DNA of 64,000 nucleotides, taken from Malacoraja senta. Lineage: Eukaryota. The translations under genes were made by a program, and so were the position numbers. Shown in pieces: positions 28,160 through 42,161 of the stretch (position 1 is the first letter of the stretch; each line of letters starts with the position of its first letter). Location: positions 21,516,001 through 21,580,000 of the forward strand of contig CM075987.1 of assembly GCA_038087875.1 (NCBI GenBank), given 5' to 3'. The notes under the pieces are model-generated. The model was given only the letters and a program-made list of their open reading frames with translations. It was not told where the DNA came from and did not search any database.

Positions 28160-29427
28160 TAGTGAAATGAAGTAAGTTAATCGTAATTCTTAATTGTGAT
28201 ACTTTTAAGATTGTTATATGGGTGTGTGTTTCAAGATTGAGTGTGGTGTAAACTTGGAAAAATTAAATTTTCATGTTCAAGTTTTACTGCTCAGCAGAAA
28301 GTCATTTTTCAAATGGCCTATGTTCTGTTTGTTACTATCTAAGTGGTGTAATACTTTAATTTAAAACTAATGTTTGATGTAACTGAATTTTGTAGCATTT
28401 GTAATTGCTTGCCAAGGGATGACTCTCCTTGATGACATCTGGAGGGGACCATTGCTTGTTGCACTGTAACAGCTTGATAATTTCAAGCATTGAGAATTTA
28501 GTATTTATGTGGAACTAGCATCCCTGGATTATGCTGCTTCTGAGTCTAGATGTTTTTGTTTCCCACGGTAGATTTTAGCTTTGTGCCATTGGCATGCACT
28601 ATATAATTAAATTTTGCTGTCATCTTTTTGTAAGTTTAACGTTTTCCCAACCTTTAGATTAAATTCGGTAGTAATCATAAAGCCATGTTAAGTTATCTTC
28701 AGCTTAAATCTAAATTTGATTACTCAACACTTTTTGGGTAGTTGAATTAATTATTCTGACTGCTTTTCCATCTATAGTGAAGATTATCTGAATGAAAATT
28801 GTTTGCTCATTTTACGGTACAAGGTAGTGAAATAACCTGCTTCATGAGGGGTTTCAGAACTTCTGTGGAAGTTCTGATTGTTTCTGTGGTGAAATTGGTA
28901 GCACTTGGATGACACATAAACATCCAGGTTATTTGGCAAAGGGAGAAGATAGCAGCTATGCCTTTTCCATCCATTGCCTGCCCCCCCCTTGCATTCCTGA
29001 CAGGAAGTCCTAAAGCTTTGATGTGCTGGGGCTGAAAATTATGTCTACATTCTAGCATTGTTGGCAAATTGAACATTTTTTAATGTAGTTTTAATAGTAG
29101 CAATACATGCTTGTTTCTAAATTGTGGTTATACGATTTTTTTGAAATGCTTGCTTATTCAATAACACTTGCAATTATGTGAATAAACGTGCTTGCACGAA
29201 GAGCCATTCTCCAATGTGCAATTAAAATTGAAAAAATTAAAATGTGTTGTGGGAAATTCCTGTATCTGAATGGAAGATGTTAGCTGTGGAATTCTGTCAC
29301 TTGTTAACTTAAACTTTTAGACGTGGATGCATGTTGGCATGTATTATTTTTGTCATTAATTGTTGAACTCAAATCCTGTGATCGTATTGACTAATATACA
29401 CATTGTTAATTAATTCTGTGGGCTTGA

Positions 29428-29688
<261 letters not shown>

Positions 29689-30550
29689 TAACCCACAACA
29701 ATGTTACATTTTTAGTATAATTTATACACATGGGTTATTTTCTTTTTTCCTATGACTTGAAACTACAGCATACAGTTTAAAAGATGTAAGCTGTGTGAAC
29801 ATTGGATTTTTGAGTACCAGTTGTAAATGTTATAGTTCTATTTTTGTAGTAAAGTTTGGATTTTAACCAAACCTGCTTGGCACTCGTCCAAGCTTTTCTG
29901 GAGCTTGTAATAAAATTGAAATTTTGGGTATTGATCCAGATTTGATCTCCAATTAGGAGTAAATTAATTATTCCAAGGTTTGGCACAAATAGGGACACTC
30001 ATTGTTTTGGAGGGTGAGTTTTCTGTATTGGCTAATGTGCCAAATTGCTCTATCAGAAACTCATGGGTAGAGGACACGCCTTCTATGTTGAGTTAGCAGA
30101 CAAGTCTACTCTAGTTGTGGTGTTCGAGTCTTTGAAAGTCAAGATTCATTACGTGTTCTCGCTCAAATAATAATGCATTGGTATTTCGCCTATTGTGGAT
30201 GGTTTAAGGTAGTAAATTTGAAGTAAATGAGATTTGATTTTTGTGCAGGTCAGGCAGAATTTTATATTAGTATAGGCATTTTGTATTAGGACCATTATTC
30301 ATTTGCTGCTGGTGTTTTGGGGAAATTACTCGGTGAATTGTCCACGTTAAATTATTTCTATTTTTCAATACACATGGTGCACCGGATTCAGAATTGCTTT
30401 TTGTATAGTTACGCTACGAGTAATGGGTCTTGCAATAGTTATGACAACTTTGTATGAGGTGATTTTAGTTTGCTCTTGCCCAGGTTTTGCTTTCAAAATT
30501 TTGACGCCCCCTGCTTCTTAATTGTGTTAATCACAGAAGACAACTAATAG

Positions 30551-30685
<135 letters not shown>

Positions 30686-31314
30686 TGACCAATCAGTGGA
30701 TATAGACTAAGAAGATGCATGTTAAACAAAAACAGAAAATTGTGGAAAAAATTAGCGGGTCGGGCAGCATCTGTAGAAACATTCTTATTGTTATGGGTGG
30801 CCTTTTGGTTTAACTTAAGATTGGGAATTAAAGTTAAATTTCTGCAAGTTAATGGAGAACTGAACACTATCTTCTGATTGACATTTGTTTCCTTTGAGAA
30901 GTACTTCATACTACTCGCAAGTTGTTTACAAGCTAAATGTCCAGTCCTATGTCTTTTGGCTCCATTAATTTATATTATGGACATTGATTTGTCTTTAATG
31001 TAGAGTTTTATAGAGAGGGTGATCAGTGATTTGTTTTTTAATAATTCTAGTACTGCTATGGTGCATTGTATCTAAAATAGTTTGCAACTGCTTGTGAGGT
31101 TGCTTCTGGTCCTTGAAGGGCTTCCTTTTATACTTATGTTTAAATTTGAAGAATTGTGTTGCAAGGGATGGAAAGGATCATGTACAAACTTGATTGTTAA
31201 ATTTAATTTTGCTTTTAATATTGTTTTATAGTGCTGATTGAACTATGTAGATTAGGTACTTTATTTAATAGAGCCTGCAGAATGCATCAGAGCACATATT
31301 AGATGCTCTGGTAA

Positions 31315-31731
<417 letters not shown>

Positions 31732-32185
31732 TAAGAGCTAAAGGATTTCTGCTTTGCAGACAGCTGACCCACAGGGAACTTGGCTTTCTATACAAAATAG
31801 CATGTTTGCCAGTTGTCGATCATAAGTATCCCACGTTGGCTACAGCTGATCAGTAGTCTGGCTATTGCTGGACTCCTCTTCTCCCTATGCCCCACCCCAA
31901 TTCAGTCACCATGGTTGACAGTCGTTTTGAATTCTAGATGTTAAAACATTTAATTACTAGCTGCTTTGCTTCAGCTGAATTTGCCAATAGCTCCTTAATC
32001 TGTCTCAGCTGCAGTCACTGCTTTGTTAAACTATTACAGTAGCAAGCTTGTATTTGAATGATTATCATTTGATGCTGTAAATGTGTTGCATCAGCTTCTG
32101 CTTTATTTTACTTTGCACTGAACTCTATGTTAATTTAAAAAAAAATTGTGTAGTCCCATTATTGAGGTTAACAATGTATTCCCAG

Positions 32186-32332
32186 GTTCCAGACATGGAA
32201 GATGAAGAAGGAGATGGTGAAGATGAAGATGAGGAAGAGGAGGAGGGTTTGGAGGACATTGATGAAGAAGGAGATGAGGATGAAGAGGAAGATGAGGAAG
32301 AGGAGGAGGAAGGGGAAGAGGAAGAGGCAGAG
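32186..32332 (+). CDS. set: set coding exon 7 (acidic tail)
   Basis: VPDMEDEEGDGEDEDEEEEEGLEDIDEEGDEDEE...EAE; AG/GTAAG. Confidence 0.95.
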
Positions 32333-32511
32333 GTAAGATCTGTTTGCTTCTGGTGCTTATGCTTCATGCTTTTTCTCTGCACTAAATGTCGACATCAAAA
32401 TTTACCATTAAGCTCGTGTCCTGGAATAGAAATATTTAAAGTTGCTCAGTTATCAGTTGCTCTGGAGCAGAGTTTGGCATTTGTACTTACTTTTGTTCTT
32501 TTTCTTTTTAG

Positions 32512-32535
32512 GAGGAGGAAGGCGAAGATGACTGA
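32512..32535 (+). CDS. set: set coding exon 8 (last)
   Basis: EEEGEDD*; exons total 834 nt = 277 aa + stop. Confidence 0.93.
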   Translation, partial: EEEGEDD

Positions 32536-33298
32536 TTTGTTTGCTGTTGACATTCACCTCTTCCCCCTACTTTTTTTCTCTTTAGTCCCTGGGAGCAAGT
32601 TGCTGTCTCTTTGTGCTCAGTTTCCTTGTTCTCCTGAGGTCCTTAAACCATTATACACAATTGGGATGAGTTACATGCGCAAACTACAGTGGCAATCTCT
32701 TTCTGCCATTTTCCACGAACTGATATGAATTGTCCTCCAACCAGCTGATCAGCAGGCAGATATCCATAGTAATGTGATTTTTTTTTTACTTTTTATTTTA
32801 ACCCCATCACCACCAACAAACGCAAATTCCCTCTGCTGGAAGCCCAGAACTTCTCTCTGCCTTTTGTGCTGTGACCATAGATGATTTGAATAGGCTTTTT
32901 TCCTACCTGTTCTGGCCCAGAGATTACACTGTTTCCATGTATTGTGGACAAATAGCAGTTACCATCAAGTCCTTGTTTCCTTCTCTCTTGTAACAAATCG
33001 GGGTGTGATTGACGCACCTGAGGTAGATGCAGCTGGTTGGGTTCTACTGGGTGGGTTTGTTGGGTATTTTGAGGACGTGGCTGTACTTAGCACGTTGATG
33101 CATTGTATATTTTTACAACATCCCGTGCAACTAAAGCCAATACTTTTAAATATTAATCGATTTGAGCCCCACAGCAGACGGTGACAACCTGTAGAATCTT
33201 ATTGGAATCTACATTCTCTAATGTAATTTTTTTTTGTTTCACTGGAAAGGAAAATTGCTCAGTTTTAAACGTTAAAAGTGTACCAGTTGCTTTGTTAC

Positions 33299-33304
33299 AA
33301 TAAA
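33299..33304 (+). terminator. Polyadenylation signal of set
   Basis: AATAAA about 760 nt after the stop, followed by a GT-rich downstream element (gtgtgtggtgagtttt). Confidence 0.7.
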
Positions 33305-33440
33305 ACTAAATGTGTACACAAAAAGTGTGTGGTGAGTTTACTTTTCACCTGGAATGTTCTGAGAGCTTGTTATCAGACATCTTGAATAGTTATTTTATAA
33401 CATTTAGAGGAAATTCTATGGAACTGAAGTAATATCTGAC

Positions 33441-33536
33441 GACGTCTGAAGAAGGGTCTTGACCCGAAACGTCACCCATTCCGTCTCCAGAGATGCTGCC
33501 TGTCCCGCTGAGTTACTCCAGCATTTTGTGTCTACC
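33441..33536 (+). mobile_element. 96-bp Penelope-derived insertion with hammerhead-like core and 11-bp TSD
   Basis: taatatctgac direct repeats at 33430-33440 and 33537-33547; contains CTGAAGA-A-GGGTCttGACCC-GAAAC-GTC. Confidence 0.75.
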
Positions 33537-36500
33537 TAATATCTGACAATTACCGTCCAAATTGTTGTTCAAAAGTGGCCATTCCAAATTAATTTTTTTG
33601 CATTGAATATTCTTTATAACCAAATAAGTTACAAAAGTTGAAAACAAGTCGAAAACCAGTCATGTCATCTGCTGAATGTGATTTTATTTTTGGTATTGCA
33701 ATTTGATATGCAATTTATTTAAATGCAGTATAGGCATAAGAGCAATTAATGTATTTGGTCCTACTATTGTACACTAAGTGTTTCTAGCCTGGTCTGTGTT
33801 CAAATATATGTAAACAGCCCAAATGTGTGTAATTAGATTCCTTTTCTGTATTTAATAGATATTAGATTGTAACTAAAACAGAATAAGATTGCAACTTGGC
33901 ATTCCCTTTACTCAAGCAGGTCCAGTGCTGCATTGCAAGTTTGATAACCATATTCTGCATTGGACAGTTGGCTAATTAATGGTGTCTCTTAAATTCCAAG
34001 ATTTGTTTTGACTTCTAGTTAAGTTTAAGTTGTGTGTTGTCTTGGCAATAGCTATATATCTGATGGCTTGTTTTGTTGATCTAAAATTCGCCATGGGTAC
34101 CATGCCAACTGCGATTAGCCCCATTTTACAGATTGTGTATAGATAATTATCTGAACCTCAGTTGGGCTTGACTATTGAATTTGAATTAATGGTACAATAC
34201 ATATACTGGATTTGATGTGTTCTTGAATACATTTTTTTCTGGTTATGTTATTCGTGATTTTTTTCATTTGGGATTCAATTATCCGATCAGTAATGTGACA
34301 CCACTGGGAGCTTAGTTTTCAAAATCCTAAATGCAAGTATTTTAAGCTCAGTTAGTTTAATTTTCTTGTTGCTATTTCATGAATTTATTTTTTTCGTACT
34401 AAATAATAACCATTTTGAATTGCTATTGTGCAGTGAAAAGGTTGGCCTCCGAATACCAAACTGTTTTGTGGTTTGAACTTGTCCCAATTCCATTAATCCT
34501 GATTCATGCCGTTTTGGTTGGTTTTTTTATTTTTTGTTTTTTTTTATTTTGCGTTGACCTTTTCCCACTTGTTTGACTTTTCAATTGCTGAGTGGGAAAT
34601 TATATCACTTGCATTTAACGGTTATAAAATAGGCCATTATGTATCGCTATACTGCCTTGTTCCTAAACCTTGCCAGAATGGTGCCTAAATTTGGCTTTGT
34701 ATATTTGTTCTGCAAATGATCTACATTTCAATGAAATTGCAACAGTATTATGAGAATATCTGCTTAACACCTGCCCAGTCTCCCTTAGACAGTATATAAC
34801 TGGAGCAACTAATGACAGTTTCACGGGTACAAATTAAATTTCTGCTGGTGTGTAGTATATCTTCAGGAGTATTGTACATTAGCATGTTTTTCCCCCACTG
34901 GGGATATACATTTTTTTTAAAGAATCCTTCAGTTGAGGCTGTCTTTGCCACTCCATTGTTGAAGGATAATTGTGGTCAAGCCCCTCAGCAAGCTTTACCA
35001 GCCATACCATTTGTCTTCATTCGGCAACTTAATGGAACAAAATAATAATTCGACCACCAGCTAGCAGAAGGGATATGTTCCTATAATTTATGGTTCTGGA
35101 GGTATTTTAATAAAGATGGTATAAAATTTACTGATAACCAGAGCTGTCTAGATTTTTGGAATTTGTTTACATGTCTGTCCTGGCATGTAACATCTTTTTG
35201 CTTGATGTTCTGGAGAGGAAGGTGTATAAACAATATTTTAGAATATTCCACTGGTTTGTAGACACCCATGTACTGGGGTTTGTTTCACATGGCAGCCTGA
35301 GGTGTCGGGACTTCATCTTTAAAACTTTGTTTTTTAAACAAATGGTTCTCATCTGTCCTGTTATCAACAATAAAGTTTGTATACATGTTTTGCCACAGTG
35401 CTGTACATTGTCTTTACTGCTCTGAATGTACAATGCCAATAGCATTATCCAATATGTTAGCTGGACACTAAGTCGTTTAATATTTGACATAACTTTGTCA
35501 TTTAGCTAACGAGAATATTTTGCTGTTGATAGCTTCGGATAGCAGCAATCAGTGACCAAAATTGCTTTTTTACTGCATTTTGAGAATTGGCCAATGGCTT
35601 TTGATAGAACTATAGTTGAGACTTATCAACATTAGGTCAGAAAAGAAATCCATCCTAAGAAATCAAGCACTGTTTCTCTAAAGCGAGATGACTGTCCCCT
35701 CAAAACGAGATGACTGTCCATCTCAAGGGGTTATCCATGAATAAACTTGTTTCAAACTGCTTTGGAACGGTGTGTGTAATGTACATTGTTTAAATCTAAA
35801 GTACAATTCATTTCTGTCACTAGAAATGGTGCTCAACTGCAGAGAACTATAAAATCCAATGAAAGGCAAACACCAGGAACTATTCATGAAGGGGATTCTG
35901 CAAATTGATTGAAGATTTGTTATTGTCATGTTCTTAATTTTGCCTGTGGAATTGATGGTCTCCTAACTTGAATATATATGAAAATAGATGATAATTGCCT
36001 GATCAGCCTAAAACCAATCTCTTTGTTCTCTAGTGTTGATCTTGTGTCCAATGCTGTGGAGTCCTAAAGTACTATATTTTTGTTATTGATTTGTCAACTT
36101 CCTAAATTATTTCAAATGTGATGGCCCACGTCAGAATAAACTGGCAACAAAGTGATGCTGGAACATATTTGTTGAAAGTAATGTATATTTCCTAACATTG
36201 TAGTTTGTGCTAGAGTTCTGATTTCTTTCAAAATAGTGGGGAAGAAGAGGAAGAAAAATACTTTCACTGAGCCCTACCACTGACTCAACATCAAAAGAGT
36301 AGTGGTAGGGCTACTCTTTGGGTGTAAAACACTTTCATCTTGTCTAAACATTTCCTGTATTAAAAGGGTCTGTTTTTGTCAAATATGACCACAGCTAAAA
36401 ACTAGTTTTATCCTTGTGCCACATCGCCAGTGGTGGTGGCAAGAGTAAAATCTAGTTTCATAGAGGTCCACAATAAGAGCATTTTTTTATTATTCCCATT

Positions 36501-36731
36501 CCCTTTTTAATTCATGACAGACCTTTCAGCTAATGAACATTAAAAGTTGTCAAACAACATTTAAATGTGTAAGAACTGCATATGCTGGTTTAAACCGAAG
36601 ATAGATACAAAAAAGCTGGAGTAACTCAGTGGGACAGGCAGCATCTCTAGAGAAATTTTCATCTTGTGAAAGCATAGTCAATTATTCATCAAACAATGTT
36701 TATTTTTAATTATAAAAATTAAACATGGATT

Positions 36732-36885
36732 TTATTGTTGGTATGACTTGGGCACCATAAGAAGTGTAGCAGCAAAGTTCTCTTGCAGAAGTCTGTCTAT
36801 AATCAGGGCAATAAATGTCTCTTCAGATTCTTCAAATTCTTTATCTGTAACGTGTTGAGGCCAAATATTGGGCTGAAATGACCAC
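36732..36885 (-). CDS. Secreted cereblon-like CULT-domain protein, last coding exon
   Basis: Polypyrimidine tract and atcag| acceptor, then WSFQPNIWPQHVTDKEFEESEETFIALIIDRLLQENFAATLLMVPKSYQQ*, continuing the CULT motif SH(I/L)G-W-x-F...F-x-(A/G)-L. Confidence 0.8.
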
Positions 36886-37439
36886 CTGATGAAACGAACA
36901 ATCCACAAACATGAAACAAAAAGTGAAGAAAGCAAACAGCATTAACCCCTCTTCCTGACCATTATACAATAGCAACAGTAGTGACGAGCTTTGCATATTC
37001 GTGATCAAAAGTTGAGACCAGGCCAAAGGAAGAGATCTGAGAAAGTTGGAGAAAGATATAATTTAGAATCAAAGAATGAGCGGAAGGGTTCCAGAACTTG
37101 AAATGTGGACAGCTATATGGATGACTAAACCCGATAGGATTTTAAAAAAGTGTTGTTCCAGAGCCTAGCTTTGGGCAAATTTACATGGAGGGTTGTATCT
37201 TGGGATAAGACCATGAAGATAGTTACAGACTGGAAAAATTGAAGTATTGGTAAATTCGTAGCTGAGTGGTTGGAGAGCATAAATTTTAAGTGAAAGATAT
37301 CTGCTACAGCCCCAGAAATCATGGACCTCTCCCCATATTCCAGGAGCCATCACAACAAATGTTACCATCAATGACAAAATTGACCATCACTTTAACACAG
37401 CACAATTCAAGAAATGGGTACTTCAAGGTCTCAAAACTC

Positions 37440-38410
37440 AAAGATAGAAGTGCTGAAGTAACTGGGTCAGGCAGCTTCTCTGGAGAACATGGATGGGTGA
37501 CATTTTGGGTCAGACAGATTGTGGTGGGGGAAAGGGGGGGCGGGGGATACAGCGAGGGGGTGTTTTGATAGGTAATAATATGGTTCAACAAAGGCCAGAG
37601 ATGAAAAGACAGTGGAATGAAAATGAATTGTGAAGGCAGGAAGAAAGGAGGGGGAAAGGGGAGAAAATGGGTGTAAATCCAAGTGGAGGGGTTGGGCAGG
37701 CAGGATAGATAGAGAAATTGAGAGTTGGGATAGCGTCTTTGCAAGAGGGAGGAGGTGTATCCAGACAGATCTGTTGCATCAGCTACTAGATGATGCCTTT
37801 GATTCTAGTACATCCTAGATGTCATCTTTAGTAAAATATAATCTGCGTTTGGTGTTCCCGATGTGGCCTCCTTTATATTAGCGGGACCAAGCATAGACCT
37901 GCACTCAGTTTGCCAAGGCCTGCTGGATCACCCAGTTGCTAACCATTTTAACACTTTACCCCCTCCCATACTGACTTTCCATGATAGGCCTGCATTGACA
38001 GAGTGAGGCCACGTGCAAGCTGGAGAAACCACCTCGTTCTGCTTGTAGCTTACAACTTAAATGGTATGAACTCCAGTTGTATGTAACTAACTCAAACAAT
38101 CACTATTTATTTATCTATTTCCTTCCCCCTCTTTTCCCTATGCCCCACCTGAATTCACACCCATTTCTCCTATTCCCCAGTCTCTTCACCTGAATTTCCC
38201 TAACTTCACAATTCTTACCACTTCAATTGTTATCTCAAACTTTCTTTTCATCTCTGGCCTTCATCTGCCTATCACCCCGTCCTCACCTGTATCTGTTTGG
38301 CTTTGTCGTGCCCCCACCTCGCTTCCAGCTTTTTTTCCCCATTCATCCCGACGGACAATCTGAAGAAGAATTACTCCAGCAGTGTCTTTTGTAAACCAAC
38401 ATCTCTAGTT
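37440..38410 (+). mobile_element. Degenerate Penelope-like element (GIY-YIG remnant with inverted upstream terminal repeat)
   Basis: 37810-38080 resembles decayed GIY-YIG coding sequence (C-S-R-C-G-L-L-Y-I, H-F-N, Q-S-E-A-T..K-L-E); 37440-37750 is an inverted copy of the downstream terminal repeat. Confidence 0.65.
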
Positions 38411-38429
38411 CCTTATATCTACAAAACTC

Positions 38430-39115
38430 AATCCGTCAGCTTTGATCCCCATCGCATATATTTCTGAGACATGGATGACTAGTTTTACCAGGGAGTACAA
38501 ATACCTTGGAGTGTACCTGGACAGTAAACTGGACTGCTCCAGGAACGTTGAGGCCCTGTACAGGAAGGGACAGAGCCGGCTGTACTTTTTGAGAAGACTC
38601 CGCTCCTTCGACATCTGCACTAAGATGTTCTACCAATCGGTGGTAGCCATGCCATGTTCGCTGCCGTGTGCTGGGGCAGCAGGGCGAAGGGGTGCGGACT
38701 CCAATAGGATCAACAAACTCATCAGGAAGGCTGGGGGCGGAGTTGGATTCATGGTGGTCTTGGAGGGGAGGATGCCCCTCAAACTGGAGCATCCTGGACA
38801 ATACAGCTCACCCCTCCATGACACACTGGTCAACTGAGGAGTACCTTCAGCAACAGACTGGTTCCACCAAGATGCAGGACAGAACACCACAGGAAATCCT
38901 TGTTCCCTGTGGCTATCAAACTTTACACCTCCTCCCCCTTCTGTCGTGGGGTAGACTGGACTGACTCCCGTCCCTCCCTCCCTCCCTCCGTCTCAATCTT
39001 TGCACATCACCCATCCCTTTACATTCGTCACTTTAATTTCATGTAGTTTGTTGTTTTTTTTTAATGATCGTTGGCAGATCGATTTCCCTCCTGGGATAAA
39101 TAAAGTTCTATCGTA
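38430..39115 (+). mobile_element. Rex1/L2-like LINE 3' fragment
   Basis: EYKYLGVYLDSKLDCSRNVEALYRKGQSRLYFLRRLRSF, then 3' tail gggataaataaagttctatcgtatc. Confidence 0.8.
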
Positions 39116-39179
39116 TCATACCTTAGCAGATAAAGTCAGTGAGTTGTGTATGGGTGCAGGAGGTAGCACCAATGCAGTT

Positions 39180-40391
39180 GTCAAATGTGGACACATTGGT
39201 GATCATTTTCCAATGTTCTATAGATTCAGGATCAGTTCCTGTGGATTGGAGGGTAGCTAATGTTATCCTACTTTTTAAGAAAGGCAGGAGAGAGAAAACA
39301 GAATTATAGACCAGTTAGCCTGACATCGGTGGTGGGGAAGATGCTGGAGTCAATTATAAAAGATGAAATAGTGGGCACATTTGGATAGCAGTAGTCCGAG
39401 TCAGCATGGATTTACGAAGGGGAAATCATGCTTGACTAATCTTCTGGAATTTATTGAGGATGTAACTGGGAAAATGGACAAGGGAGAGCCCAGTGTACCT
39501 GGACTTTCAGAAAGCATTTGATAAGGTCCCATATAGGAGATTAGTGGGCAAAATTAGAGCAGATGGTATTGGGGGTAGGGTAGGCATGGATAGAAAATTG
39601 GTTGGCAGACAGGAAACAAAAGTAGGGATTAACGGGTCTTTTTCAGACAGGCAGTGACTAGTGGGGTACCGCAAGGCTCGGTGCTGGGACCGCAGTCATT
39701 TACAGTATATATTAATGATCGAGGTGAAGGGATTAAAGTAACATTAGCAAATTTGCAGATGACGCAAAGCTGGGTGGCAGTGTGAACTGTGAAGAGGATA
39801 CTATATATGAGGATGCAAGGTGACTTAGACAGGTTGGGTGAGTGGGCAGATGCAATTTAATGTGGATAAATGTGAGGTTATCCACTTTGGGGGCAAAAAC
39901 AGGAAGGCAGAGTATTATCTAAATGGTGTCAAGTTGGGAAAAGGGGACTGTCATAAGGCGGGACTGTTATATATTGATAGAATGGAGGGGCTGAGCATGT
40001 ATACTCTGAATTTAGAAGGATGAGAGGTGATCTTATTGAAACATAAGATTATTAAGGGTTTGGACACGCTAGAGGCAGGAAATGTTCCCGATGTTGGGGG
40101 AGTCCAGAACCAGGGGCCACAGTTTAAGAATAAGGGGGTAAACCATTTAGTACGGAGATGAGGAAAAACATTTTTACAGAGAGTTGTGAGTCTGGAATTC
40201 TCTGCCTCAGCTCAGAAGGCGGCTGGAGGCCGGTTCTCTGGATGGTTTCAAGAAAGAGTTAGATAGAGCTCTTAAAGATATGCGGAGAAGGCAGGAACAG
40301 GGTGCTGATTATGGATGATCAGCCATGATCATAATGAATGGCGGTGCTGGCTCGTAGGGCCGAATGGCCTACTCCTGCACCTATTGTCTAT
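39180..40391 (+). mobile_element. CR1 LINE, truncated and degenerate
   Basis: RT motifs (YLDFQKAFDKVP, KFADDAKL) with frameshifts and CR1 3' UTR. Confidence 0.88.
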
Positions 40392-41421
40392 AAGCAAAAT
40401 TTGGGATGCCTTTGAGAATTGTCAATCCGTGCACCATGAACACAAAGCAGCCAGCACTGGGAAAGCACAGAATTTCCATGTTTCCTTACCACATAGGACA
40501 TACCACACCAGTTGCCAAGTAACTTATTAAGTCACACTTGGGCACGTGGAGAACATGCAAATTCCATACATACAACACTGGAGCTCAAGATTGAACCTAG
40601 GTCCCTACAGGGTTTCTTCCATTATGTGGCCATAAGACCACCTACCAAAGACCACCCTTCAGGCACCACCTGTCCCTTTCTATGGAAGAGTCCGTGGTTC
40701 CAACATTGGTATTTCGGCTACCCTCTAAACCCATAAAATTGTAGTGCAACCAAGTCCTCCATCCTGAAAGGATGCTCAAGAAGAAGACACCAACTTGATG
40801 CGTTATATTAGAAAATATGAAAATAGGAGCAAGATTGATCTGTCCCATGCCTCAGCTCCTATCTGCCATTTCCCCATAGCCCCCCAATTCCATGATTTTT
40901 ATAAAGAAAGCCCCAATGATCGTGATTCTATAACTTTCCAGGGCATTCAATTTTAAATGGCATTGAATTTGTAACAAAACTCAGTTTGAGACTCTTCCAC
41001 CCATGATAATTTCTCAACATTATCCTGTATTGCTCATCTCACAATGTTAAACTCCAAAAGAATACAGATGCAACGCTTTAGCCACTTGCAAAAGGACAAC
41101 CTATAGCCAAGGGAATCTTCTTAGGATTGCCTCCAAAACTAATATATCCTTTGTTATGTTATATGTTAAGGGACCAAAACTGTATGCGGTACTTCAGGTT
41201 GGCCTCACTAACACCCTGTACAATTGTAACTCATTAAACGAGCCTGATAACATTTTGGAGATTTATGTACAAGAACACCTAGATCTTCCTTGTAAAAAAG
41301 GACACAAAGTTGCTGGAGTAACTGGGGTGACCTGCTACTTCAGCATTCAGTGTCATTTTTTGTAAACCAGCATCTGCAGTTCCGTTTTTCTAGATCTCCC
41401 CGTCTTTCACTCATTTATACA

Positions 41422-42161
41422 TCTATCTATCTATCTATCTATTATTATTATTATATTACTAAAAGTCTCGTCTTGCTTCTATCTATCTATATATGGCGTA
41501 TATGATCTGGGACCTACGCCAAACGGTACACTGTAGCCCAAACATTTATGCACCACCTTACTCAGTTTTGTCCCGCGGTCGTTCCTATAAAGTTTCATTC
41601 AGATTGATATATTTCACGAGAAATTTTACATTTTAAAACTTAAAAAGTCAAGATTTGAGAATAAATTCTTCACTCTGCAGCTATATCTTCAGCTATGACT
41701 TCACAATGCTACATTATTGCAATCTCAGCACACTCAGTCCTGCCAGGTGAGGGAGGGATGAGGGGGGTGGGTGAAGAGGGGGGGAGGGAGTGCTGGGGGA
41801 GGTTGGGGAATAGAGGGAGAGGAGGGTAGTGGGGGAGGTGAGAAGAGATAGTGGGGGGGGGGGAGGAGATAGGGGAAGGTGGGAGGTGGGGGATAGAGGG
41901 ATAGGAGGGGGGGTAAGGAGTGACTGAGGGTAGGGGAAAGGAGATGGACGGAGGGATTGGGGAGGGGAGGAGGAGAGGGGAAAGAAGAGAGAGGGTGAAT
42001 ATGAGGGTGAGGTAGTTGGGGGATGAGGGGAAATGAGCTGCGCCTACGCAGTTGGGAGCTATGGGTGAGTGGTGGAATATTGCGTTGGGGGAACGGGTGA
42101 GTGGTGGAATATTGCATTGGGGGAACGGGTTGCGTTGGTGCATCTGTAGAAGTTAGTCTAG
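41422..42161 (+). mobile_element. Putative non-autonomous Helitron
   Basis: A|TC start with (TCTA)n, CTAG|T end, no TSD, internal G-rich tract; the expected 3' hairpin is missing. Confidence 0.5.

Noticed and set aside
32081..32728. 215-aa ORF
   Set aside because: Read-through of set exon 7 into flanking introns and UTR.
41709..42143. Pro-rich minus-strand ORFs
   Set aside because: Low-complexity G-rich tract inside the Helitron-like element.
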